Assembly (NCBI GenBank): GCA_004764695.1 | Contig: SMSO01000034.1 | Coordinates: forward strand, 3,782,001 to 3,846,000 | Direction of reading: 5' to 3' | DNA length: 64,000 nt | DNA from: Schizochytrium sp. TIO01 | Lineage: Eukaryota; Protista; Bigyra: Labyrinthulomycetes | Part shown: piece by piece, positions 1 to 13,586 of the stretch | Layout of the letters: every line of letters starts with the position of its first letter | How positions within the stretch are numbered: the first letter of the stretch is position 1 | Translations under genes and position numbers: made by a program | Notes under the pieces: model-generated | What the model was told of the DNA's origin: nothing | What the model saw: only the letters and a program-made list of their open reading frames with translations | Databases searched by the model: none

Positions 1-966
1 GCTCTCTCGATCGCTCGCTTCACCAGCAGCGCCCTTTCTTAGCAACGAAGTGGGAATTAATTCATAAGAGGAAACGAAAGGCCCTCTTCTTTCTTGGAGC
101 TGCAACGAGTCAGCTCAGTTGGAATGATTGTAAGCATTGTTTACTCGTCTGCTTGTTCATTTATACAGCTTGGGTCCTTGGAGTTGCCGAGCCGCCTGCA
201 CAAAGACACAAAGAAGGGCTAGTTTCTTCTTCTTCTTAGTCAACAGGCAGTCAGTCAGTCAGTCGGTTTTCAAGATTCATGCCAACTGCGTGCCCGAACT
301 CACTGGCGGGGGCGGTTCACGAGCCGCAATCTCGCGCCGCCTGAAGAGCTTTGCTGATGGCGATTCGTCTTCACTCATGCACCATGCATGCCTTACATGC
401 GTCCAAAGATAACGTGACGTGCCGAGGCACCAGTCAGTCACACGAGGATTGAAGGTTGAACTTTGAACTTTCGGCGAGGAGCCCATTCTTCTCTCTGTAA
501 TCTTCTCCAGTTTCCTCGATTTTGTTTGTTCCCACTGATTTTTACTTTTTTTAAATTTAAATTCTAAAATAGTAGAAATAGAAATAAATGAAATAAACTA
601 GCCAAAAAACAGTCCTTTCTTTGCCAAAACCGCCATCTGAAAACATCGCGTGATGGATACATACATACATACATACATACATGCATACACACAGCCTTTT
701 GCCTGTGTAAGGAGGGAGGAGCGCAAGCAAGAAAAGGCCACCTCCTCTGAAGCAAAAGGTCACCTTCGTTGCAACAGCAGGAATGAGCGATTCTTCTTTC
801 CGGTTGGCTCGATCAATCAAGCCTCTCTGCGGCCCAGCTTGAAAGAATCTCTCTTCGGCTGCTCTGCCCGAGTCTTGAGAGTTGCACCTTCACGCTGTTT
901 CCCGTCGGCGTTCCAGCCTTCTCTTTTCTGTCCTGGGACTTCCACGCGCTCGCACTCTCACTCATT

Positions 967-1135
967 CTGATTGATTCACTTATTTCATTCACTCATTGAT
1001 TGATTGACTCATTGATTGATTGATTGATTGACTCATTAATTGATTGACTCATTAATTGATTGATTGATTGATCACTCATTGATTGATTCACTCATTAGTT
1101 GATTAATTGATTGATTGATTGATTGGTTGATTGAC
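967..1135. repeat. Imperfect (TGAT)n tetranucleotide microsatellite
   Basis: Direct reading; interrupted by CTCA/TAAT variants. Confidence 0.9.
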
Positions 1136-1523
1136 TTGTATCACTCTGAGATTTCCTGTTCACTCTTGATGAAGAAAGAAAGAAGGTCCTTTTCCCGTGC
1201 AAGCAAGCAAGCAGAAGAGAAGAAAGCGAACCTTTTCCGCAGCCCGCGCCTGCCAGCTAGCTAGCCAGCTCGCCCGCTACCTGCCACGCTAGCCCGATCG
1301 TTTTTCTCGCTCGCACTTGAATCATCGGCGAGGAACCTCAGCGCGGTAGCTAGCTAGCTAGCGAGCGAGGGGAACCCAGCAGGCGTGGGCCGTGGTACGA
1401 GAACGCGAGCTTTCTTCTCGGGACCGCTCGCGCAGCCAGCCGCCTCGCGGCCTTTCGGCCCTTTCCAGCCTTTTTAGCCTTTCAGGCCCAAGCGAAGCAT
1501 AATCAAACAACAGTACACAATAG

Positions 1524-1583
<60 letters not shown>
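1524..1583. repeat. Perfect (TCAA)n microsatellite, ~15 copies
   Basis: Direct reading. Confidence 0.95.
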
Positions 1584-1584
<1 letters not shown>

Positions 1585-2165
1585 GAAATGGCAACTGATG
1601 AGAAAAGTCTCTCTCACTCATCCTCTCTCATCCTCTCTGTGAAATAAATGCCCGTTCTGCTTTGCACCGTTCCCTCGCTCGCAGGACTGGATGCACCAGG
1701 TAGGCAGTCGCTACGCAAAATGCTACAACGGCGCGTCGCCCGGTTCTCTCGAGCACATGTTCTCTCTGGTACCCTGGTGAACGAGGAACACGAGACTCGT
1801 GTAGGCCTTGCTAGCTTCTACAGTAGCCCTGGCCAGCGAAGTGAAGCAAAGCTTTCTTTCTCTGCTTTCTCTTTTTCCCTCTCTTTTCAAGTTTCTTCTT
1901 TTTTCCCAATTCACTCATAAGAATGAATGAATTCCTGCTCCCCAGCCGCCTTGGGGCTGGGTGCTAGAGTTGCCGGTACTGGCTAGCTACCACACAGCGG
2001 CGAACCCGAAGAGCGCCAGAGGAGGGAGGGTTCGACTCGACCGCGGGGAGGCCAGTCCGCAGAGGACCGGCGGTGGCAGAGCGGCAGAGAATATGCGGAG
2101 TGGAGGGGCGGCGCTCTCTCCTCTAGCTAGAGTGCCTCAGGCGCAGAGCAGAGCAGAGCAGAGCA

Positions 2166-2243
2166 GAGTGAGTGAGTGAGTGAGTGAGTGAGTGAGTGAG
2201 TGAGTGAGTGAGTGAGTGAGTGAGGGAGGGAGGGAGGGAGGGA
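2166..2243. repeat. Compound (GAGT)n-(GGGA)n microsatellite
   Basis: Direct reading; ends with five GGG tracts separated by single A. Confidence 0.95.
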
Positions 2244-4029
2244 GTTCTACAGCACTAGAGGGCTTCGTGCTTTCTCTGATTTAACATTTTGCTCATTTTC
2301 ATCTTTCTTTTAACTAAAAACAATTTTAGAACTGCGGAACTTGAAAAGTAACTAACTAAATAAATAAATACTAAATAAATAAATAGATCAATAAATAGAT
2401 CAATAATAATCACGTGTTTAAATTAAGAAAGAAACAGCTAAAGCAATCTTCTTGCCTTCTTGAACACCTTGAAGGCCAAAGAAGCTGTTCTGGGACCCAG
2501 AATGAGGAGGAGGAAGGAGAGAGAACGGCATTTCATTTGGTGAATTTGTGCATGATGGAGGCAGACGCAGAGGCTCCCTCCCGCTCGACATGGCAGCGGT
2601 AGGCGGAAAGCTAGCCAGCACCTAGCTAGCTAGCTGGCTGGCTAGCCAAGAAAAGCGAGGCCAAGGAGACCTGAAGAGGGCTTGTTGTTCAGAGCTGCGT
2701 GCCCTAAACTCCTGAGGATCGATCATTTGTGTCAGTCAGTCTACCTGCGCGCTTCTGATCTAATCAACTGCCGGGTGCAGGATAGTTGAATTTCGTATTT
2801 TCATGCACGCACGAAGGAGACAAATGAGGTCTGAGAGGTCTGAGACAGAAAGGTGGTGTCTCGTGAACTTCGTCACGATACTCGAGTGCCTCAAAGGAAG
2901 CGCGCCTGCTTTCCAAGAAGGCCTCCTGCTTCGATCTAGTTGTGCATGCACGCATCCATCCATCCATCCATCCATCCATCCATTGATTTATTGATTTATC
3001 ACTCGTCATTCCAAAGCGATGACGGCAATGGTGACGGTGCTGAGTGCTGTGAAACGAAGGAATGAATCAAACCAACGCGAAACAGAGAGAGAAAAAGAAA
3101 AGAGAGAGGGGGGACCCTCGCAGTGGAGACCGGTGAAGCCTCTCTCCGCCTCGGCTCTTTCCGGTCGGCGCGTAAAAAGTAAATAATAGCTGGGATCTCG
3201 ATCAGTCTCTAAGCTGTCTGCGGCTGCTGCTTTCGCAGACCGCGGCGCCAGAAACCTTGCTTGCTTGCCTCTGCGTACGCTGGTTCCTTAGGCACTCATC
3301 CGCTTTGCTCTCGACGTCTCAGGATCGGTCGCCTCGGCCTGCGACGATGTTGAACTCGTCTACAGAACGAACCATCGGCATCAGCATCATCACTCTCATA
3401 TAATCATCGTCGGCGTCAGCACGAACTCGAAGAAACATCATCAGCTCCGCGATGAGACTATTGCTGTGTGTCCCCATGGAAGGTAAGTGCTGCAAAGTCG
3501 GCCGTCTTCCAAACAAGGAGTGAGAGCCTTTGAGAGTGAGTCTGAGATTGTTTTGGCGATCTGTCGAACTTCTTCGAACATTCAACACTGCTTTCTTTCT
3601 CTCTGTTTCTCTGTTTCTCTGTTTCTCTCTTTCTTATTAGTGTTGTGATCAAGTTCCTTTATGGCTTTTTAGGTCCTGAAGAATGAAGAAGGGAAAAGGT
3701 CGTGCAAAGTACATGAGAAGTGCTGTGCTCTGCAGATGCACCCATTTTTTGAAGGGAGAGAGAGAGAGAGGAAGAGAGAGAGAGAGAACATGTTTCAGGT
3801 GCCAAAAGGGGAACGAAGGCGTAATTTGTTCACCAAAATGTGACGACTCGGTTATTAGGATGCTTGAAAGCAAAGTACTATTCATTCTTGTGGAATAGAA
3901 GGGGGGCTATATATGGTTCAGACTGGCTTCGATCAGCCTACATACCTATCAGAAATTCAATTTGAGCAGAACTCGAAAAGGCAAAAAAAAAAAAAGAACT
4001 TGACCAACGGAGGAACCGCTGTCTTTCCT

Positions 4030-4030
<1 letters not shown>

Positions 4031-4077
<47 letters not shown>

Positions 4078-4079
4078 TC
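4031..4079. repeat. (CTTT)n microsatellite
   Basis: Direct reading. Confidence 0.9.
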
Positions 4080-4785
4080 ATTTTGGCGAAGAGTAAAAGA
4101 GAAATGAAGGAAAGAAAGGAAGAAAGAAAGATGCTCAGGGCATTTGAATCGTTTGCGTGTAATAAATAGATCACAGCTCAAGGAGGCAAGCAAAGAGGAA
4201 GTTCTTGGGGGCACACGCGGAGTATAGAAGAGCAGGAGAGCCCCTCAGTGAGAGCGACTAAGGCACGCAGAGCAGCCGAGGCGCGGAGAGTGGAAGATGT
4301 GGTGCGCTCCATGCCCCCCGAAAGGTCGAGTTCAAATATTCAAAGAGCGTGCCTGCCGTTGCAAGAAAGAAAGAAAGAAACAAACAAACAAACGAACAAA
4401 CGAACAAACAAAGAAGGAAAAAAGCAAAGAAAGGCTCCCGAAGCGAATCAATTGCCGACTGAGAGAGTGAGTGAGCGAGTGAGTGAATAACAGAAAAGCT
4501 TCGTCTGCCAGGAGTCTTCAGCTTGTCAGATGGAGCAAGATTGGAGCTGCAAGTTTCAAGCAAGCAAGCCAAGGCTACTGACCTTGCCTTGGGCTTGTGC
4601 GCTCTCTCTGCTGACGTGGTCCAGTTTCATACGATTTGAGAAGTCTGAGTATCGAGGCAAAAGATCCCATCTTGAAGATCACGCGAACACGAAAGAGTGA
4701 AGGAAAGCTCGACTTGGGCTCGACTTCATTCCAGCCAGCGAATTGCAATCGAAAGCTTTGTGTACGTACCTGAGTTCTGCGGCCA

Positions 4786-4865
4786 ACAGACAGACTGACA
4801 GACAGACTGACAGACAGACTGACAGACAGACTGACTTACAGACAGACTGACCACTGACAGACAGA
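4786..4865. repeat. Compound (CAGA/CTGA)n microsatellite with a 12-bp higher-order unit
   Basis: CAGACAGACTGA repeated several times. Confidence 0.85.
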
Positions 4866-7800
4866 ACTCAGCGTGAGCGCCACTTGCTTGGTTTATTTAA
4901 TTGAGGCTGCAACAACTGATTTCGAACCACGCGGATCTTTCTGAACTAAGGCTTGGATCAAAGGAATCGAGCGCCGCCAGTATACTCTTCAGAGGTACTG
5001 AGTTGAGAAGAGAAGATCTCCCAGCCTGAGTAAAAAAATCATGATTCTCAATCTCTCAATGAGCTGCCGTAATCGTTGAAAGAAAGAAGAAGGCTACTTG
5101 TAGATCGCTTTGTCCATAGCTCAATAGACACTTAGGGCCCTCTTAGCAGTGCTACTAGTAAACACAAAAAATGAATGAATGCAGGCCCCGTTTTTTCAAT
5201 TTACAGAAAGTGAATTATATTTAAAATTAAGTAAAAAATTAATTAAAATAAAATAAGTTTAGTTAATCACCTCCTTGTGCATTGCATTGAGCTTCCAGAG
5301 AACGAGGCCCTCGAGCTTAATAATAGTTCCCGTTCTGTTCTTTCTCGCCCCTCCTTCTCTCAGCTCTCTCTGGCTGAGAAAAAGAAAGAAAGAAAGAAAG
5401 AAAAAAAAGAAAGAAAGCCCGCCTGCGCCTCAGAACGCAGAGGCCGTTGCGATGATGCCGCCGCTGCTGCCGCTGGCGGTGGCGGTGATGGCGATGACGA
5501 CGGCGATGGTGGCGGCGGCGGCGGCGATGGTCTCTTTGGATCAGTCGCTGGGGGATGCGGACTTCGGGCCAGCAGGGCTCGATCGCCGCGGACGGCCGGC
5601 CGGTCGGTCAGTCAGTCAGGCCGTTCCCTGCGTCTAGCTGGAGGCCCCTTCTCTCAAGGAGCGCAGGCGCTTCCACATCTTCTTCAGTCAGTTCTTTGTT
5701 TAGTCTTTCCCTGTACTTATTCGTGTTTCTATCTATCATATATGTATATTTGTGTATTTAACTTATTTAAATTGATTAAATAAGATATTGAGAATTGTAT
5801 CGATATAGAAAGAAAGCTTTGCAGCGATCAATCAGAGGGATCGATCATCCATCCATCCATCTATCGTATCGTTCTGCACTTGTCGATTGGAAAGAAAGAC
5901 GCGGCAGGTGATACGCAGAGAGACGAAGAAACGTGCGGCTGCGAAGGCCTCTGCCAACTTGCTTGCACCAGAGGTATGGATGGTATGAGAGGGAGGCATG
6001 GTTGGAGACAGCAGGGCCTATGCATGCTCAGAAAGAATGCCGTGTTAACACAAGTTTGGACAACAGCACCTTTCCCAGCTTGAAAGAAGAAGCTTTGGAA
6101 AGAAAGAAGAGGGAGGGCCAGCTCATAGAGATAGTGCTAGGAAGGCGGTACCTCCTCTGCAAGTGTTCAAAAGCGAAAAAGAAAGTGAACGAGCAAGGGA
6201 CTAGGCCTGTTTTTCCCACTGTCTACTTCCTACTTGCTTTCTTCCCGAGCGGCGAATCTGCGGCTCCTGCTGCTCAAAGGCACCTCAAGAAGTTGATAGC
6301 CGCTCTCCTGCTGATGCTTAGATAGCATATCGCATCTCGGTACGTATGTATGTATGTATGAATGCATGTACCTGTGCCATCCGTTGCTTGCGTTCCCAAA
6401 CACAGTGGGTACACTTGGCTACTGCTTCGATCTTCTAAAGTCAACTAGCGTGATAGCAAGCAAGCAAGAAAGCAGGCGAAAGAACGCTTTGACTCTAGCT
6501 ATCTTTTCTTTTCTTTTTCTTTTTTTCCCATCGTGATGGATGGACTATCGCTGTCTGTCTGTCTGTCTGTCTGTCTGTCTTGAGTGAGTGAGTGAGTGAG
6601 TGAGTGAGTGATGTTGGTCCGTCAAGATTTGAAAAGCGAGCAGTTGCGCCTCTGAAAGCCGCGTTCGACGGTGGCTTCTTCACAGCGCATCCCCTGAAAG
6701 TCCAATTGCATGCCTCGCAGGCGTCCCGCCTTCCGCCCAGGACCCATGCACCCATCCATCCATCCCTCCCTGCGGCCTAGTCGAGTCTACCTGGCCACCA
6801 TCACTTCATACTTCGCCGTCCATGATCCCTCCATGCACGCAGCTTCTTTTCCCGTGTCTCCAGAGTAACCCGAGCGGCGAAAGCGCCTGAAAAGCACCGA
6901 ACTGCAAAAACTATCGGTGCTCGGCGGCTTTCTTCTTCTTCAGAACGGCGTGCCGTAGTGGAGCGTAGGTACTGCAATCCGTCTGCTGGCGATTCTGAGG
7001 ACTTGAAGGAGGCGAGGATCTTCAGGTTTCGCAGAGCTTATCGTGAGAAACTGGCATCAGTATTTAGTTGTAGTTTAATTGCGAAAATTAAGTTTTAAAA
7101 AGAATAGAAAAAGCTCGCAGCCCGCAATAATCAGATTTATAAACAAAACTAAGGAAAAACGTTGAAGAATGAAAGTCAGGATCGATCCCATCGTTTCGAA
7201 CGACGTCAGGAAAGGAAAGGCGAGAGAGAACCCCTCTGTTTGCACAGTGAATGAATGAATGAATGAATGAATGAGTAGATAGATAGACAGCGACGGTTCT
7301 TTGCAGAGAACATCGAGACGGCTTCCGAGGCCCCTTCGCCACTGTTCGTGGAAGGTCCTGCAGGAAGCGCCTTGCAGCGCGAAGCAGCGACTAAAAGGCA
7401 GAGCAAGCAGAGCAAGCAGGCAAGAACGGCGAAAGAAGAGGCCTCTCGCACTCTGTCCCCATCTTTTCCCAACTTGGACCTCTGCCACTGAGGCGCCCTC
7501 CTCTCTCTCCCTCTTCGCCTGGTGCTGTGAGGTAAACTGGGGCTGCTTTGCGATGTCAGCTCTCACTGCCCTCTGGACCTACATACATACATATCGATCT
7601 CTCAATCTCTTATTCACCGTCTATTCCTGTGCTGGTTGTTTGTTTGATTGTTGCCTCGACAATCGTCATTTCACATCCATGTGCTCATAGAAGTACCTAT
7701 GCACCTCTTAGACAACAGAGTCTAGCTGGGGCGTGTCCACGATTATTGTTGCGTTGGTCTATATAATATTTGTGAGCCTTCGTTTGTCTGTTCGTTTGTT

Positions 7801-10800
7801 TGTTTATATATTATGTTCTGGCTCAGTCAAGCAGACCCATGGAAGGCTCCCTCCCTTTTCATCCGGACGCGCCGGAACCGACGCCTTTGCTATGAAGGGA
7901 TGGCTCCGGACGTACTTCGCAGCACCAAACGAAGAAAGATCGATTGCTTTTTTCTAACTAACTCGCCTGCTTACTTGTGTGCGTCTGTTTGAATGTCACT
8001 GACGATGATTGATTGATTGATTGATTGATTGACTGACTGACTGACTGATTCATGGGCAGATTCACTGCTGCCGGGATCTTCTCCTTCTCCTTCTTCTTCT
8101 TCTTCGTCTCGCGTCGTTTCATTTGCAACAGATGAATGAGTGACGGAGGGACCCATGAGCTGAGATTGGACCTGTTGAAAGGGACTTCAGAAAGAAGAAA
8201 GGGAAGAACAAAGGAGAAGAAGAGAAGGACTCGCAATTCACTTCTTTCCTCCCTGCTTAAGAGCGAGCGAGAGGGATAGCTAGCTAGAGAAAAAACGTGA
8301 TGCACCATATGAGGTAGCGGGGGTAGCGTTAAGGGTAGGAGGGGGATAGCGATGGGCAGCCGAGTCTGAGAATGAACAAACGAAGTTTCCCCTCGCGCTC
8401 TCTCGCTGGCCCGCGTTCTGGCTTCGGTCCGCTGCTGCGGGACAGTGGCGGTAGGAGGAGTGCGGGTTCCCCCTTCTCCGTGGAGGCTTCCCTCCTTGTT
8501 TCACGTTCCCCCTTGTTTCCTACTCTGCTTGAAGGCCTCGAACTCCTCTTCTTCCGTCACATCTTCCTGGCTGGGGGCGGGTCGCCGTGTGCCCACAGTG
8601 AGTTGGCGCCAACCCCACTGCGGGGCTTTGCATGCGGGGGAGCGAGTCTGCCTGAGGACGCAGTTGGAAGAAAGTGCGGGCTTGGAAGCGGCCGCCCCTC
8701 AGAGATGACATGCGTCTCTCTGCCTCTCTTACCCTCATTTCAGAATAACTTTATTTTTATTTTATTCAAAGTATATGAGTAAAAGTTTGAGATGCTGCTG
8801 TCGATGGTGCTGCTTCTCTTCTCTTTTTTCGAGGAATTGGGGATTGATAGAGGTATTCGAAGCAGAAATTGAGGTTCGCAGAGGAAGAAGCGGGTTCTTT
8901 CTTTCTTTATCGATCTATTTTATTTATCTATTTATTCACTTATTATGGGTCTTGTTGGGGCCTAGTCTGCTCAAAGGGTAAATAAAGCATTCGCATTACT
9001 TTCGTTGGAAAAGGAGGGGAAAGAGCAAACGTGCCACCATACAGTAAGTGTTGCATCTATTGGCAGAAGCCACAGGCAGGTATGTAGGTAGGTAGGCAGG
9101 TACCTACCTACCTAGCAAATAGTGGTTTTCTGTTGCCTCATCATCGTTTGAACTTCCTTTCCTTTCCTTGTGTCGAGTTCGAATCTAAAAGAGTTGAGTT
9201 TCAAAAACATTTTTAATTTCAGTTGTTTTTAATTCGATGTTTCACTTTTTTTCTTTTTTTAATTCCTTGAAAAGTAATGATTCTTTTTTTTAAAAAATAG
9301 CAGTTTGCTAATGTTTCCGGAGATGCAAGCTGTCGAAGAAGAGAAAACAGCGCAAACCAAACCAAAACAAATGAACGAGGACGCACTTGTATGTGTAGAG
9401 AGGGGTCTCTCTGCTACCGCTACGCAGCCTCAGTAAAAAGCTTTGAGCTGCTAAGTCAGTGAGCAGTTTAGTGCGACGATCAATATACCCGCCAACCTCA
9501 TTTACTCACCACCACTGTCCTTTCGAAAAGTCCATCTGCGGCGGCTACGGCGGAGAGAACGATCGTTGTTACAAAAACTTTCATTGAATTGAAACCAAGA
9601 AAAGACACATTCTTATACATGCTTAAATAATAGTAATAATGAAAAGGTCAAATGAAAGGAAATCAGTTCAAACTCAATATCAGCAATGAAAGTCTCGAGA
9701 GAACAAAAGGTGGAATGAATGAAGAAATGAAAAGAAATGAAAAGAAACATACTACCTTCCTTCCTTCCTTCCTTCCTTTCTTCCCTCTGCGGGACCAGCA
9801 CTCCTAGAGCAATCGTTAGCACCAAACTAGGAAGAAACTGAGGCAAAAAGGAGGAAGAAGAGGCTGGCTGGCTGGCAGGCAGCAGTCGCCACACCGCGCA
9901 GCTAGGCGCAAATAGCGTTCAACGTAAGACTCACCGGCAGGACGAAAGCCGGAGACAAACGGGAAGTTGGCCCTCTGAAAAAGAAAAGAGAACGATGAAA
10001 ACTTTGACAGAGAGGAGAACGGGCGGCACAGAGGGGACCATACAAGTAAGCAGGGGCGCCAAGGGAAACTTGTATGTGCGAACAGGGGAAATGGAGAGCA
10101 AAGCGTCCAAAGATACAAAAGGCAGCAACAAACAAGAATCATCGACAACTGCGAACGCAGAGAAAGAAGCAGACGATCTAGCAGCAGCTGCTGTAGCTAG
10201 CTAGCCGAGAGCCCGACTCTCCGCCACGAAGAGCGACGGCGAGCGGGCAAGCCAGACAGGCATACAGCCAGCCAGCCAGCCAGCCAGCCTTGCGGTCGGC
10301 CAGAAGGTTTCGTTGTCGGCTTCGGTTTCGAGGCGGGCAGTCGTAGCGCAAGAAGAGCTCAGAGCGAAAGAAAAAACAAAGAAACATCCATTGAACTGAT
10401 TCAATCGATCACTCACTCGGCTTGAATCAGTAAACCGCCTGCGCTCAAGAAAGCAGCAGCAGCAGCAGCAAACACACAAATAAACAGCAACGACTAGAAC
10501 TGCCTGTTGGTCAGCAGGCCGGCAGCCAATCGACCAACCAATCAATCAATCAAACAAAACAACCAATCAAACTGGAAACCTGCAGCAGCTCGCCATAGCC
10601 AGCTGTCTCGCTGTCAGTCTGACTGTGTGACGGAGCAGACAGTAGTGACGTGGTGGAGCTGAGCGTTCCTGTTTCCGTGTTGGAGAAATAGAACGCCGCT
10701 GAGGTTGGAACGGGGACCAGAACTGCCGCCGACCAGACCCCGAAAGGAGAAAAAGAAGGAATAGTAATAAAAGAAGAGGGAGCACTGCGTTCAGCTGGGA

Positions 10801-11350
10801 AAGGAAGGGGCGTCTGTCAGAGACCACCTTGCCAACTGGCTTGCTTATACCTACCTCCCTTGTAGGACCTACCAGATTGGAAACCGACGGTCGGCCTCAT
10901 TTATTCTACGTTCTCTCCTTGCGCTGGCACTTAGACACCAGACGGAGCACGTATTTTTGCTTCCTCTTTCTTCTTGTTACCTTTTGTGATTTGTTGTTTT
11001 GTTTTTATATTTTTTAGTACACAGACCTCAAGCAAGAAAGCAAGCAAGCAAGCAAACGCGAAACGACGAAGCTCGTGGGAGAGCTCGCATTCATTAATTA
11101 CTTATTCGAGCCTTATTTGGCTCGCGCACATTTGTTTCCTCGCGGATCTCGTGATATTGTATCGACGCCTGTTGTAGACAAGGCATTGATTGATTAATAG
11201 ACCCAAAGCAAATCTCGCGGCTCGCTAACAGGTTTGCGATCTGAAAATTGCACTGCCTGCCTTCGGATTAGTCCAAGCAAGCAGTAAACCAAAGCTCACA
11301 ACTACAAACCCAACGCCATAAAAACCACGCAAGGGATCAGCCTTCGTGGA

Positions 11351-12832
11351 ATGCCACCCCAAGCATCGCCTTCTTCTTCTTCAATTGTACGTAAGAACAT
11401 GGCTCCTCCCTCGACATTGGCAATGAGCGCAATGACGCCCAACCCGGCATCTATTGCTGCTGTTTCCTCCTCTTATCAAAACAACGCCACCCTTGTAGTC
11501 CCTGGCATCATGATGGGCACCTCAAACCCTTCGGGCAGCACCCAAACGAAAAAACTCCCCACCGGCGAAAATACTGGCCGCTGGACGAAGGATGAACACG
11601 GCAAGTTCCTCGAAGGACTGCGCATCTACGGCAAGGAGTGGAAGAAAATTTCCAACATGATTGAATCCCGCACCGTCGTTCAGATCCGCACTCATGCACA
11701 AAAGTACTTTCAAAAGCTTGCCAAGAGCGCAGAGCAGCAAGGAAAAGAGGTGCCTGGTGATCTTATGAGCACTGCCCGCTACATGAAGCCCTCCTCTTCT
11801 GCTGATGCCGCTCGGAAACGCTCTGGTTCTGGCGCATCTTCAAAACGTGGCGGCAAACGTGGCTCGGGTGGAATTGGCTCTGTTGCAGCTGGAACCCCAA
11901 TGCCAGCAGGAATTCACCTCGTGGCACCCATGTCCACCACTGATGGGCCTGCTGTAATATCAAAGCCCGCCACCGCCGCCCCTGTGAACAACAATAATGG
12001 CGTTTCTACATCAACCCCTGCCGTGCACGCGCAGGCTGTAAAGACTGCTTCCTCAATGTCTACATCTACTACAACGACTTCTTCTGGTTCTGGCGCCCTG
12101 CAAAAACGTGTGAATAAGGGTATTGTGCGCCGAATCCGTAAGATTGCTTCGTCGCAGGACCAGCAGCAGCAATCTGTCATTATTGCTCTGGGCCATGAAG
12201 AGGAACAACCCACTGACAGTCTGCACCAACACCAATCTAACCGTCTCACCATCTCACCGGATCTCGCCCAAATCAGTGCAGATCTCTCTGAGTTTGATGA
12301 GCTCAAGCTGTTCGCTCGTGATGACTTTAATTCTCGTCTCCCTGAGGCTTCTCCTACCGGCGTTGATGACTTATACTTTGTTGATGGATTTATGTTCCCC
12401 AACTCCCCCAGCGTCGGATCAACATCCTCTTCCTTTGACGAGGATCTCTATGCCAACGAGTCCTCCTCATCTTCAGCATCCCAGGCAAGTGACTTTGACC
12501 TCTCGGTAGCTGATGAAGACGAACTCTCCCATTTTTCAAGCGAAGAGGCTCTTGAGTTCCTCAAGGCCACCGCTGATCCCCAGGGTCGCGTCGACTGTGA
12601 TGTTCTCTCCCTCGACAGCTCTAACGAACGCGACCATGAACTTGAGCCCCAGCCCGACCTCAGCAGCAGTGGTCCTCTTACTGATTTTGTCTTTGAAGAT
12701 GACACCGATTTGTTGGGACCGCTCATGTCCTCCATTTCTGTACCTTCCTCCCCCAGGGATGCCAAGCGTACTGAAATGGAATCCTGTGTACCAAGTGACC
12801 CTGCTAAGCGTCGCCGGGTTAATGACCCTTGA
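11351..12832 (+). CDS. Single-repeat MYB-related transcription factor, SHAQKYF class (CCA1/LHY/RVE-like DNA-binding domain), 493 aa
   Basis: Intact ATG ORF containing GRWTKDEHGKFLEGLRIYGKEWKKISNMIESRTVVQIRTHAQKYF. The rest is Ser/Thr-rich and acidic low-complexity sequence with a C-terminal basic motif (PAKRRR). Confidence 0.92.
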   Translation: MPPQASPSSSSIVRKNMAPPSTLAMSAMTPNPASIAAVSSSYQNNATLVVPGIMMGTSNPSGSTQTKKLPTGENTGRWTKDEHGKFLEGLRIYGKEWKKISNMIESRTVVQIRTHAQKYFQKLAKSAEQQGKEVPGDLMSTARYMKPSSSADAARKRSGSGASSKRGGKRGSGGIGSVAAGTPMPAGIHLVAPMSTTDGPAVISKPATAAPVNNNNGVSTSTPAVHAQAVKTASSMSTSTTTTSSGSGALQKRVNKGIVRRIRKIASSQDQQQQSVIIALGHEEEQPTDSLHQHQSNRLTISPDLAQISADLSEFDELKLFARDDFNSRLPEASPTGVDDLYFVDGFMFPNSPSVGSTSSSFDEDLYANESSSSSASQASDFDLSVADEDELSHFSSEEALEFLKATADPQGRVDCDVLSLDSSNERDHELEPQPDLSSSGPLTDFVFEDDTDLLGPLMSSISVPSSPRDAKRTEMESCVPSDPAKRRRVNDP

Positions 12833-13586
12833 TTGTACCTTCATTACTTTTCGCTTTACTCCTTTTTCGCACCTCTTCCTCCCCCCCCTCCCAATTTTTT
12901 ACGACTCGGTCACCAAGCCGATCTTTGATGAATCAAAATACAAAAATACATACATGCCTGCATCTTTAGCTTTTTTCTGTTTCAACTTTGCCTTTCCTTT
13001 GCTTATTACTTATTGGTCTAAGAAATCCCCTTGTTAGCATTTTACTGGTCCTAATTGGCTATTGGGGTAGACCGAAGTTTCTCCTCTAGTCAATGAAAGT
13101 CAGAAAACATTCAACAGCAGTGAAATGTCTGCTTTTTGATAGATAGATAGATAGATCGCCGCAAAACATCGGGCTGGTACAAGATCGCTACATACATACT
13201 CCATTATATCATAAGCTTGGCAGATTCATCCACACAAGTTTCAAGTCCATTTAACAGGTATAGCCTAAAAATCGATCGATCGAGGATGCAAAGAAAAGCA
13301 CACAAATGACAAATAGAAACAGCAACAAGCAAAGAATGTAGAATATATTATTCGTAAGAGTTTTTTCTTTTCTTTTTTTAACTGGAGACAATGCAACTGT
13401 AAACCAAACCAAAAGCAAAACAAAAGTACATCGCTTTAACAGGGCTCTTCGAGCATGGCGTGCAAACCTTAAGAGATGATTTGAAGTCTACGACATTGTG
13501 TCGAAAGAGAAAACAGAAAATAAATAAATAAAACACAATGGGTCTCGTGGATATAGATCCTCCCTTCACATGAAGAATCGCTTGAA

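Noticed and set aside
9170-9190. GTTCGA T-loop-like motifs (also ~2030, 20645, 59192) as possible tRNAs
   Set aside because: No cloverleaf stems or D-arm could be built around them.
137-11177. Numerous 60-170-aa ORFs in the upstream region (also 35.3-36.8 kb, 49.6-50.9 kb and 60.3-61.9 kb)
   Set aside because: They translate microsatellites, GC-rich tracts or the inverted repeat, mostly from non-ATG starts, with no domain signal.
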